Source: Candidatus Latescibacterota bacterium
GTDB taxonomy: Bacteria > Latescibacterota > UBA2968 > UBA8231
Length of the DNA: 64,000 nt
Assembly (NCBI GenBank): GCA_965206595.1
Contig: OZ242214.1
Location: 5,952,001-6,016,000 of the forward strand
Direction: 5' to 3'
Part shown: positions 1 to 9,992 of the stretch, piece after piece
How the letters are laid out: every line of letters starts with the position of its first letter
Position numbering within the stretch: the first letter of the stretch is position 1
Notes under the pieces: generated by a model
Seen by the model: only the letters and a program-made list of their open reading frames with translations
Told to the model about the DNA's origin: nothing
The model's database searches: none
Made by a program: the position numbers and the translations under genes

Positions 1-171
1 CGAATCCGCTCATTAGCCGATGACCCGCGCCCTGCGGGTTGTGAAAAACTATCTGGCAAGGAGCGTTACCGGGTCCGGCAGGGTCAGTATCGCATCGTCT
101 ACTCGATCGATGATCGAGAGCTTGTCATCTACGTCGTAAAGGCAGGTCACCGTTCGAGTCTCTACCGGTAA
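1..171 (+). CDS. RelE/ParE-family toxin, 3' part (5' end outside window)
   Basis: Frame 1 translated by hand: RIRSLADDPRPAGCEKLSGKERYRVRQGQYRIVYSIDDRELVIYVVKAGHR..., a RelE-type YRxRxGxYRIVY motif. Confidence 0.8.
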   Translation, partial: RIRSLADDPRPAGCEKLSGKERYRVRQGQYRIVYSIDDRELVIYVVKAGHRSSLYR

Positions 172-316
172 CCGGAAAGCTCCTTCCCGCCGGGTGAGTC
201 ACCTCACCTTTTTTCCGCCGGCGATGGCATCGCCTGCTTCAGCAAACGGTCCATGAAGTTCGTGAAGCAGATAAGCCCACCGGAAACAGGGCACTCAACT
301 GGGGCGACTCCGCGCC

Positions 317-1744
317 ATGACGGACATCCTTCATACTACCGGATTCACTGAGGCCAGCGCCGCCTGGGATCTCTCTCCAGGGGCGATGCGGGGTGTCGAC
401 GTCGGTCCCGATGGCGCGGTGCTGTCACCGCCCGAGGGGGAAACCGCCTCGCTGCCGGGCAGCGGCGTGCACACCCGAAATGGCGACAGCATCGAGGTGC
501 GTTTCCGCGTGCTGGAGGGAAGCGGCTGGCTGCGTTTCGGGTTCGACGCGGAGCTGCACGAGCACGCCCGTGTCGAAGTCTGTATGAAGACGGGAACGGT
601 TTCGCTGTTCACGAGCGATTGGCGGCGCGAGCAGCCGGTTGCCGCGGTTCGAGGGGAGGTGGCAGCGGATCGATCGCACCACCTCCTCATCGAGAAGACG
701 GAGGGCGCGGGGGCACTGATCAAGAACGCCCATGTGACCGTCTATCTGGACGGGGCGCGGATCCTGCACCTCGAGAACCTGGACCTGCTGCCGGAAATGG
801 GTGTGCTCGTGGAAGCGAGCGGGGCCCGGGTTCTCGTCGAGGAGTTCGTGCACCGGGGCCGGCCATCGGAGATACCGGAATACCTGCATCTGGGCGGCTG
901 CCAGGTGCTCAACGTCGACAACATCGAAGAGAACCTGGCGTCGATTTGCCGCGGGCTGGAAATGGCTGCCGAGGCCGGCGTCGAGCTGCTGGTTACGCCG
1001 GAGATGTCTCTTACTGGACTGTATCCCACGAGTCCACGCACGCGGGAACCAGAGCCGGTAGCCGCCGCCGAAGCGCAGCTGCGGCAGTTCATCCGCGAGC
1101 TGCCGGACGCCCCGCACGTCATTGTCGGTCTGCCGGTCTGGGAAGCGGTGACGGAGCACGATCTGCCAGAGACGAGGTACATCGCCTCACGCGTGTACGA
1201 TCCCGACGGCGAGGTTCTGTACACAGCGCGCAAAGTCCATTCGGCGGAACAGGAGATGTGGCACGGGTACCGGCTCAACGAGTTCGACATCCAGGGCGTG
1301 CCCGTTTCGCTCTACATCTGCCACGATAACCGCTATCCGGAGCTACAGACCCTGCCGGTGATGTTCGGGGCTCGCCTCCTCCTGCATCCCTCGAATGGCG
1401 GTGTCGTCAGTGGCACCATCAGCGCGTTCGAGGCGAGCGCCAGGGCAGCGAGCAGACAGACACACGCCTTTCACATGCACGTGAATGCCGGCGGCGGCAG
1501 CTATATCGTCGGTCCGGAACGGGAGGCGGAGCTGCTGGCTGCGAGTGAAGAATCGCGGAGCGACAACCCCGGTAGCCCGACAGTTGGAGAGCCGGCAGAG
1601 TGCTTCTTCCACGCCAACGTGCGCATCCACGACGCCTTCGGATACTGGCCGACACGCGCCCTCCGTGCCTCCGAGTCCATCGCGCGCGCGTACGCGGACC
1701 TGTACCGGGAGATTGGCGGCATGAGGCAGATACCGCCATGCTGA
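317..1744 (+). CDS. Carbon-nitrogen hydrolase (nitrilase superfamily) with a ~185-aa N-terminal beta-rich domain
   Basis: LVTPEMSLTG (Glu), RKVH (Lys), YICHD (Cys) catalytic triad motifs. Confidence 0.8.
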   Translation: MTDILHTTGFTEASAAWDLSPGAMRGVDVGPDGAVLSPPEGETASLPGSGVHTRNGDSIEVRFRVLEGSGWLRFGFDAELHEHARVEVCMKTGTVSLFTSDWRREQPVAAVRGEVAADRSHHLLIEKTEGAGALIKNAHVTVYLDGARILHLENLDLLPEMGVLVEASGARVLVEEFVHRGRPSEIPEYLHLGGCQVLNVDNIEENLASICRGLEMAAEAGVELLVTPEMSLTGLYPTSPRTREPEPVAAAEAQLRQFIRELPDAPHVIVGLPVWEAVTEHDLPETRYIASRVYDPDGEVLYTARKVHSAEQEMWHGYRLNEFDIQGVPVSLYICHDNRYPELQTLPVMFGARLLLHPSNGGVVSGTISAFEASARAASRQTHAFHMHVNAGGGSYIVGPEREAELLAASEESRSDNPGSPTVGEPAECFFHANVRIHDAFGYWPTRALRASESIARAYADLYREIGGMRQIPPC

Positions 1745-2109
1745 CAAACAGCGACAAGGCGAAACCAATCGGGCGGCAGGAGGAGAGAACGGCACAGCTC
1801 GGTGGTTCAGCGACTCACTCCCGCTCGAACTTACCGGAGCCGTGAAGTTCGCCGCGAGGCGCCAGTCTGGCTGCTACCCCAACTGCGCAAGACCTGCCCG
1901 GTCGTCGAAGTCGTCGATGGCGCTGTTGACGCGAATCCGCTTCCAGTCCTTGCCCTGCCGTTCCTCGACGTAGCTGATCGGAATCGACATTTCGTAAACA
2001 TGGCCCTGCTGCTAGGAATGCCAATGCGCTCGACGCCGAGCGAATCCTACTCGGCCTGCCAGTACATCGTCATGTCTCGAGCTATTCGTTGAGGCTGGTA
2101 GTGATAAAA

Positions 2110-2138
2110 TTGCAGGTATCCGTGGATCGGAGTATAGT
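2110..2138 (+). promoter_or_regulatory. sigma70-like promoter of the DUF2971 gene
   Basis: TTGCAG-17bp-TATAGT; AAGGAGG upstream of ATG 2233. Confidence 0.5.
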
Positions 2139-2884
2139 GAAGGTCTTCGCCCAAATTTTCCCAATGAGCAAGGTCCCGCAGCAGTTTCGGTTTATGGATG
2201 TGGAATCATAAAGGAGGAAGATTCCTTATTTTATGGCCGCTAATATAGAGCATGAAGCAGTGAAGAGATTTCAGCCTCGTTACGAGAGTATGAAGATATG
2301 GCGCTATATTGATCCGCCGAAATTGATCGACTTATTGGAGACGCGAAGTCTCCATTTTGCACGAGCCGAAACACTAGGAGATCCCTTCGAAGGAACATTG
2401 ACAAAGCTCAATATTGCGGCTAGAGAACAGCAGATTCAAGAAATCAAGTCTACGTTAGAGGTAAAGCAGACAGAAGAGGAATTACGACAGCAATTCAAGT
2501 ATGGAACGATCTTCGGAAGACAAACAATCTATATCAACTGCTGGCACGGTGGGGAAACTGAGAGTGGTGCGATGTGGCGGCTATACGGAACAACGGAAGG
2601 GTCCATTGTAATTCAAAGTACTTACAGTAAACTTGCGAATGCGCTTCCAGACGAGGCTTACATGGGGATGGTACAGTACAAGAACTACAGCAACCTAGAA
2701 GATTGGGTTCCTGGTAGCAACCTGTTATCTCGGTTTATACACAAACGCAAAGAGTTCGAATATGAAAAAGAAGTGCGTGCGTTTATTTGGGAGCTTCCAG
2801 ACCGGCACGGCATTAACAACATGCCCAATGGAATCAAGGTTGAGATTGATATCGATAAGGTTGTCGAGACAATTAGAGTTCAAC

Positions 2885-4264
2885 CTGGACTTTTGCAAAA
2901 GGCAGAATTCCTGAATAATCGGCAAGGATAGAGGGTAGCGCGAATTCGATGGAACTCGGTATTTTTGGTAGGACGAAGGCATCCCCCGCCTTCGTTTCCC
3001 CTGGCCATGTGAGAGGTTGTTCATGCCAGGTATTGTTGATTTTCCCACGGTGGTTGAAGACGCGGTGGCAGAGTTCGGCGGCCTCTTCGCCAACGCCCCG
3101 GAGCGCCGTCACTTTGGCGAGTATCTGACCGGGTTGATGGTGGCCGAACGCAAACATGTATCGGCGATCAACGCCGAGTTCGTCGAGACCACCGATCAGT
3201 CCTGCCTGAACCGCTGGATTACGCAGGTGCGATGGGCACGGGAAATGGCTCAACGAACACCGCCTGGAATGGTTGCAGGAGCGTCCCTCGACGCGCTATT
3301 CGGGGCGCGGAGTGATCGCCATCGACAACACCTTGGTCGGCCACAGCGGAGAAAAGATCGAGGACGTGGGTTGGTTCTGGGATCACTCCGACCAGCGCCA
3401 TAGGATTGCCCACGACTACGTCATCGCCAACTACGTGTGCACCTCGGGGAAATACTATCCGTTGGAATTCCGTCGCTTTCGCAAGCGCCGGGAAGGGGAG
3501 ACGGACACCTCCTTCAAGAGCCATACCGAGCTGTTCAAAGAGCTCGTGGACTGGGTCGTTTTCCGACAGATCCCGGGCGATTTCGCCTTCGACTGCTACT
3601 TCAGCAGTGTCGAGTGTCTCGATCACATCCATAGTCATGAGCGCGGCTACGTAGGAGCCCTGAAGAGCAACCGCAAGGTCGAGTTCAAGGGCGGCCTGAT
3701 GAAGGCCGCCGAAGTGGCTGCGAATATCCCAGCCGAGGATCGCAAACAGGTCAGCATCGGCAAGCGCAAACAATGGTATTTCACCAAAACCCTGAGTCTG
3801 CCCAAGCTCAAGCACCGGGTTCGCCTGGTGATCCTGTGGGATCGCAAGAACGGCAGGGAAGCGGTCAAGTTTCTACTGACCCATCGCGTGCACTGGGAGA
3901 TCAGTCGTATTCTGAATGTTTATCGCAAACGCTGGACGGGCACCGAGACCTTTCATCGGGACGGCAAGCACCATCTGGGCATGGGAGACTGTCAGTTACA
4001 AAAGCGGCGAGGGCCAGACTCGGCATAGGTACCTCGTGATGCTGACGCACAGTCTGCTCATGGCACGGATGCGGCAGGGCCGTGCGCGTGACTGGGCTCA
4101 TAGCGTGCTGACGACCATTGGCGAAGCCTGTCGAGCCGTGTCGCGAGAAACGCTCAGTAAGACCATCTCCTGGGTAGTGGACCAAGCCGCAATAGGGTGG
4201 ACAGAGCAGCGAATTGTCGCACATCTCAAACTTTAGTAAAAAAGCGGAGTTTGCAAAAGTCCAG
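2885..4264 (+). mobile_element. IS701-family element, copy 1 (transposase ~3023-4236, two frameshifts)
   Basis: IRs CTGGACTTTTGCAAA / TTTGCAAAAGTCCAG; DDE motifs IAIDNT, AFDCYF, ETFHRDGK. Confidence 0.9.
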
Positions 4265-5149
4265 TTCTACTTGGAGGATGACCCCTTCGTGATCCGATTT
4301 CGTGTAAAACCGCAGGTTTGGCTGCCCAAGGAGAAGGCTGTCCCGATTCACGAGGACCACGTTTGGGAGGCTCTTTCATTCACTCAGAGCTACCAAAAGA
4401 ACAGCTCGCATTGGACCGGCAAGATGCGAAACAGCCTTAATCTTCTATCCGAGGAAGATGGTCAGTTCTTGGAAGAGTTGCTGGAACGCCAGAAGATAGG
4501 TGGACACACATACGAATTGGACGAGGACCACTACCGGAAGCTTGTTGGACAGAGAATTCGGCGGGAAGACAAGGTGGTTTCTGTATCCGTACCTCAGGAG
4601 GATGAGTCGGAGGTAGAAGCTCGAGATGAACAGACTATTCGCGAATCCTATCAGATACAGGCACTCCTAGCTCGGATTGGGGAGGCCATGGGATTTACTG
4701 TCTGGCTTCCACCTAGCGATCGCTCCAATATAATTCGGGAGTGGGCGCCAGATGACGGAGTGTTGTTGAATGCACTGCCACTGAATTATGACGAAACTAC
4801 CTTGAAGACAATTGAACAAATTGATGTACTCTGGTTGCGACGTAGATCAATTGTCAGAGCCTTCGAAGTTGAACACTCGACAGCGATCTATTCCGGAATA
4901 CTCCGAATGGCCGACTTGCTGGCGCTTCAGCCAAACATGGACATCCGTCTTCACATTGTTGCCCCGTACGGTCGAAGGGAGAAAGTTCTCCAAGAAATTC
5001 AGCGGCCGGTCTTTTCGTTGCTGGAACGCGCTCCGCTGTCGGAGATCTGTTCTTTTATCTCTTACGATAGCGTGAGAGAGGTATCTGACGAGCAGCACCT
5101 CTCCTATCTGTCGGACGCAGTGCTTGAGGAATATGCAGAGGAAGCCTAA
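4265..5149 (+). pseudogene. 5'-truncated EVE-domain/PD-(D/E)xK nuclease-like protein
   Basis: IDVLWL...AFEVEHST nuclease-like motif; ORF starts inside the IS end. Confidence 0.6.
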
Positions 5150-5188
5150 GAAACCGGACTGATTGTACCGAGAGGGCAAGCAACGGGC

Positions 5189-5271
5189 ACATAACACGTC
5201 CGTGCCCGGCTTCGGCGCTGAGGCGCCTTCGCGCAACCGTTGCGCGGTTCGGGCACTTTCCGACGTTAGAC
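5189..5271 (+). repeat. Integron attC-like site
   Basis: ACATAAC ... GTGCCCG/CGGGCAC stem ... GTTAGAC core, 83 bp, just after a stop codon. Confidence 0.6.
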
Positions 5272-5329
5272 GAAAAGGAGCAAGGGCGTAGGGCTCAGGC
5301 CAGTGGATATGGTTTGCGGGACAGGCCAT

Positions 5330-5358
5330 TTGCAATATATCGCACATTGCGATACATT
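5330..5358 (+). promoter_or_regulatory. higBA promoter with palindromic operator
   Basis: TTGCAA-17bp-TACATT overlapping ATCGCA-N3-TGCGAT. Confidence 0.6.
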
Positions 5359-5364
5359 ATATGG

Positions 5365-5652
5365 ATGCACGTAATCTCACGCAAAGCCCTCCGAGCGTTT
5401 TGGGCACAGCATCCCGACAGTGAGGAGCCTCTGAGTCGCTGGTTCAAGATCATGCGGCAGACTCAGTTTAAGAGTTTTGCGGCATTGCGCCACACCTTTC
5501 CTTCGGCCGACAAGGTCGGCGAATTCGTCGTGTTCAACATTGCCGGCAACAAGTACCGCCTGATTGTCTCTATTCACTTCAATCGGGGCAAAGCATACAT
5601 CCGTCATGTGCTTACACACCAAGCCTACGACCGTGGAGGATGGAGGATATGA
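5365..5652 (+). CDS. higB: HigB mRNA interferase toxin
   Basis: MHVISRKALRAFWAQHPD...VFNIAGNKYRLI...LTHQAYD. Confidence 0.9.
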   Translation: MHVISRKALRAFWAQHPDSEEPLSRWFKIMRQTQFKSFAALRHTFPSADKVGEFVVFNIAGNKYRLIVSIHFNRGKAYIRHVLTHQAYDRGGWRI

Positions 5653-6047
5653 GTGTCATTACGCCGCAGCTTCAGCGATCCTGGACGCAAGTGAGTGCGT
5701 TACTCAAGATTCAGAACGAGCAGGAGTACGACTTGGCCTTGGAGCGGCTCAACAGCCTGATCGATGAAGTGGGAACGGATGATCGGCATCCGCTTTACTC
5801 TCTGCTCGATACAATGGGCACCGTTGTCCACGCTTGGGAAGAACAACACCATTCCATGCCCAACTTGAAGGGTGCGGATGCACTGCGCTTTCTCATGGAA
5901 GAGCATGAATTGACCCAGTCGGATTTGCCGGAGGTGGGTTCGCAAGGGGTGGTTTCTGAGATTCTGAGCGGCAAGCGAGAGCTAAACGTCCGGCAGATAC
6001 GAGCATTGTCCAAGCGATTTGGGGTCTCGGCCTCAGTATTCGTATAG
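5649..6047 (+). CDS. higA: HigA antitoxin (HTH)
   Basis: ATGA overlap with higB; LMEEHELTQSDL...VVSEILSGKRELNVRQI. Confidence 0.9.
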   Translation: MSVITPQLQRSWTQVSALLKIQNEQEYDLALERLNSLIDEVGTDDRHPLYSLLDTMGTVVHAWEEQHHSMPNLKGADALRFLMEEHELTQSDLPEVGSQGVVSEILSGKRELNVRQIRALSKRFGVSASVFV

Positions 6048-6127
6048 GCCAAGGCGTAGGGACATTCTCGCAAATGCCCTTCGTCTAAAATCAGTTAAGC
6101 GCCGACAGAAAGACTTTTTTTAGGCAA

Positions 6128-6412
6128 TTGAATTCACACAAGGGCCACCGCATGCAGCTGCGCGAATTTCAGAAACACCCAGGAACGAGAATAACTGCTA
6201 TCCTTTTCGCCCTCTGGTTTCTTTTCAACCAGGGCAAAATGACCGCTCCTGGATTATTTGGTGGCAAACCCGGGCACATGTTCACCTGTGCAAGTGTGGT
6301 AGACATCGAGGCTGGAATATTCGTTCATGGTGTAATTCTTTTCATTTGTGCTGGAGTAGGCTTTAGCATTTCGAGCATCGCGGGGTGGATTCTGAAGAAA
6401 CTCAAGACCTAG
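6128..6412 (+). CDS. Small two-TM membrane protein, cassette-like
   Basis: Two hydrophobic segments, low GC, follows GTTAAGC core-like site. Confidence 0.5.
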   Translation: MNSHKGHRMQLREFQKHPGTRITAILFALWFLFNQGKMTAPGLFGGKPGHMFTCASVVDIEAGIFVHGVILFICAGVGFSISSIAGWILKKLKT

Positions 6413-6484
6413 TTTTCGAGCGGAATGTGCTGGAACGTTAAGTGACATGCGCACGATAAGTCTGACCTTGTTTAGAGGTCACGG

Positions 6485-6847
6485 ATGAATCGGAACTTTG
6501 TTGTCTCGATAAACTCGGTCTCGGGAGGAGGGAAAACTGCTCTGGCGACCGCCTTGCATCGCTCACTGCCGCAATCGGCTCTGTTTTGCTTCGACGATTT
6601 CGATGAGTCCAACGTTTATCCAGATGACTTCTATGAGTGGAGTCGTCGTGGGGCCGATATAACGGAATTTGACTGTCCTGGGATGAGAAACGCGGTCGAC
6701 GAAGAAATTCAAAGGGGTAAGGCGAAACAGATAATACTTGATTTTCCGTTTGGACGTCGCCACCCTCGGTTCGCTGACATCATCGATCTCGACGTGTTCA
6801 TCGATACTCCCCTCGACGTAGCTATGGCACGTCGAATTTTGAGAGAC
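6485..6847 (+). pseudogene. 3'-truncated uridine-kinase-like P-loop protein
   Basis: SVSGGGKT Walker A, FIDTPLDVAMARRILRD; cut by the IS701 end at 6848. Confidence 0.75.
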
Positions 6848-8229
6848 CTGAACTTTTGCAAACTCCGCTTTTTTACTAAAGTTTGAGATGTGCGACAATT
6901 CGCTGCTCTGTCCACCCTATTGCGGCTTGGTCCACTACCCAGGAGATGGTCTTACTGAGCGTTTCTCGCGACACGGCTCGACAGGCTTCGCCAATGGTCG
7001 TCAGCACGCTATGAGCCCAGTCACGCGCACGGCCCTGCCGCATCCGTGCCATGAGCAGACTGTGCGTCAGCATCACGAGGTACCTATGCCGAGTCTGGCC
7101 CTCGCCGCTTTTGTAACTGACAGTCTCCCATGCCCAGATGGTGCTTGCCGTCCCGATGAAAGGTCTCGGTGCCCGTCCAGCGTTTGCGATAAACATTCAG
7201 AATACGACTGATCTCCCAGTGCACGCGATGGGTCAGTAGAAACTTGACCGCTTCCCTGCCGTTCTTGCGATCCCACAGGATCACCAGGCGAACCCGGTGC
7301 TTGAGCTTGGGCAGACTCAGGGTTTTGGTGAAATACCATTGTTTGCGCTTGCCGATGCTGACCTGTTTGCGATCCTCGGCTGGGATATTCGCAGCCACTT
7401 CGGCGGCCTTCATCAGGCCGCCCTTGAACTCGACCTTGCGGTTGCTCTTCAGGGCTCCTACGTAGCCGCGCTCATGACTATGGATGTGATCGAGACACTC
7501 GACACTGCTGAAGTAGCAGTCGAAGGCGAAATCGCCCGGGATCTGTCGGAAAACGACCCAGTCCACGAGCTCTTTGAACAGCTCGGTATGGCTCTTGAAG
7601 GAGGTGTCCGTCTCCCCTTCCCGGCGCTTGCGAAAGCGACGGAATTCCAACGGATAGTATTTCCCCGAGGTGCACACGTAGTTGGCGATGACGTAGTCGT
7701 GGGCAATCCTATGGCGCTGGTCGGAGTGATCCCAGAACCAACCCACGTCCTCGATCTTTTCTCCGCTGTGGCCGACCAAGGTGTTGTCGATGGCGATCAC
7801 TCCGCGCCCCGAATAGCGCGTCGAGGGACGCTCCTGCAACCATTCCAGGCGGTGTTCGTTGAGCCATTTCCCGTGCCCATCGCACCTGCGTAATCCAGCG
7901 GTTCAGGCAGGACTGATCGGTGGTCTCGACGAACTCGGCGTTGATCGCCGATACATGTTTGCGTTCGGCCACCATCAACCCGGTCAGATACTCCGCAAAG
8001 TGACGGCGCTCCGGGGCGTTGGCGAAGAGGCCGCCGAACTCTGCCACCGCGTCTTCAACCACCGTGGGAAAGTCAACAATACCTGGCATGAACAACCTCT
8101 CTCATGGCCAGGGGAAACGAAGGCGGGGGATGCCTTCGTTCTACCAAACATACCAAGTTCCATCGAATTCGCGCTACCTTCTATCCTTGACCGATTATCC
8201 CAGGAATTCTGCCTTTTGCAAAAGTCCAG
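6848..8229 (-). mobile_element. IS701-family element, copy 2 (inverted, same frameshifts)
   Basis: Near-identical reverse complement of 2885-4264. Confidence 0.9.
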
Positions 8230-9992
8230 TTCAACCGACAACACCGCCTTGGGTAAAGGGCGCGATTGAACTGTTACTGGAAAGATATAGTTTGAAAGTT
8301 AAGGTGATGCCATCCCAGATTGACCTTGATCCCATGTACTAAGGCTTTATTCCGAAATAAATGAGTCATAAGTTGGGGCGGTACAGGCTAGGATAGCGCC
8401 ACCGCAGTAGTCCAGTTAATTCGTGCCAAGGCCTAAATTTTCCTGGTTAGTCTATCAGTCCTTTTGTCTTAGGTCCTTTACCAGCAATCCAAAAACACTT
8501 TTCCATGATGGGTGTCAAGGCGCTGAGCGCTCCGCTGAAGCTCAGGATACTTCCGGTTCCACTGCGGTTCTCGAAATCCGGGCGATCAGCCATCCAAGGA
8601 AGCGAGCGATTGCGCGTTGGACTAGTGGATTGGAAAACTTCCATCGACCCTAACGTTGCATAAACCTGTCTGATGGTGGCCGTTTATATCAGGCCGCATC
8701 TTTTAGCATTTCGAGGAAATGCAACAGTTCCTCCTTAGCTTGCGGGTTTGAATTCATCGTCAGGGTCAACTCGCCCTTGGGCTGAGTCAGGCGGCCGGCG
8801 CGTTGGATGAAACGATGTCGCAAGGTGTCCAGGGTCTGGAATAGTCCACGCGGCGGGCCGTTTGGCGCGCGAATAGGTTGCTGACGAATGGGCGATCATC
8901 TGCATTTCGCGACCCAGATTGTGCGCCATCATGGCGCACAAGGTGACCATCTGGTTGGCGAGCAAGCGCCGGGTGGGGATCAGGTCCAGCCCGGCCTGTT
9001 GCTTGGCCTCCCCGAAGACCCCTTCCTGAGCGCCGCGCCCCCCGTGAAAGAGGACGACGTTACCTGCCGAGGTCGTTTTGTTGGTCACCACGACCCGGTA
9101 GTCATGGTCGAATTGTCGAGGTTGAAACAGATCCAGCTGCAACGGTTGCTTGGTCTGTCGTTTGACCCTGCGGCGCACGAAGACAAACCGATACGAGGCC
9201 GCCCAGCTTGCCGGTTTCCACGCACTTTCGAAATAGGACCGTTCCTTGTCCAGATAGCGCCAGCGTTTTCGTGACTCGACCTTGTGCTTGAGCTCGGGGA
9301 AGCGTTCGAAGGGCACGCTGAGGGTGTACTCGGCGCCATACAAATCCAGGAGGGTGAGGGTGTGTTGGCTGAAGAAGGCGCTGTCCAGACGGGCCTCGAG
9401 CACGGGGTGGGTACCCAGGGCGCCGACCCGGTCGAAGGTGTCCATCATGAACTCATGACCCCCCTTGCTGTCATGGACATTGCCGGGACGGTGCAGGACA
9501 TCGAGAAATTGCCCGGTTTGGGCCACGGTGCAAAACAGGTTGTAGTAACTGCGGGCCCCCTTCCTTTTGGGGTTGTAGCCGACGGCGGTACCTTCGGCAT
9601 GAGCGCGCGTGGATACCACCGACCCGTCGAAGTCGAGGGTCAGACGAGGCAACTGCTCACGCTGGAGCGCATGTATCACCAGGGTCGAGGACACAGCTGG
9701 CGCACGTGGGCCCCATTCGAGGGGCTCAGGGACGCCAGGGTGCGACTGATGGTGGCCACGTCCGGTAGCCGACGCAATCCCAACAAGCGCTGCACCACCG
9801 GATCGTCCCGGTAGTAGTCCACGTCTCGCAAGCGCCGGAAACCTAATAGTAGATGTACGACGAGCAGCAACACAACGACATGGGGACCGAAGATCGCCGA
9901 GCCCTTGGCGGGACGGAAGCAGTGCTTCAATCGGGCTTTCAGGTTAAGCCGCTGAAACAGCAGCAAAAAGACGATCGCTCCGGCAAAGGAAG

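Larger units (their letters stand above)
2885..8229. mobile_element. Composite transposon of two inward-facing IS701-family copies
   Basis: Direct repeat TTCAAC at 2879-2884 and 8230-8235 flanks the two outer IS ends. Confidence 0.85.
2233..8342 (+). pseudogene. DUF2971-like protein split by the composite transposon (5' part 2233-2884, 3' part 8236-8342)
   Basis: IWRY, NCWH, ESGAMWRLYG, HKRKEFEYEKEVR motifs; removing 2885-8235 restores the frame IRVQP-TTPPWVKG...DPMY*. Confidence 0.85.

Noticed and set aside
1815-2075. Minus-strand sugar-binding protein tail remnant
   Set aside because: Interrupted by stops; family cannot be supported
8645-8700. CCCTAAC as an attC inverse core
   Set aside because: Explained as the IS1380 terminal inverted repeat matching 11750-11765
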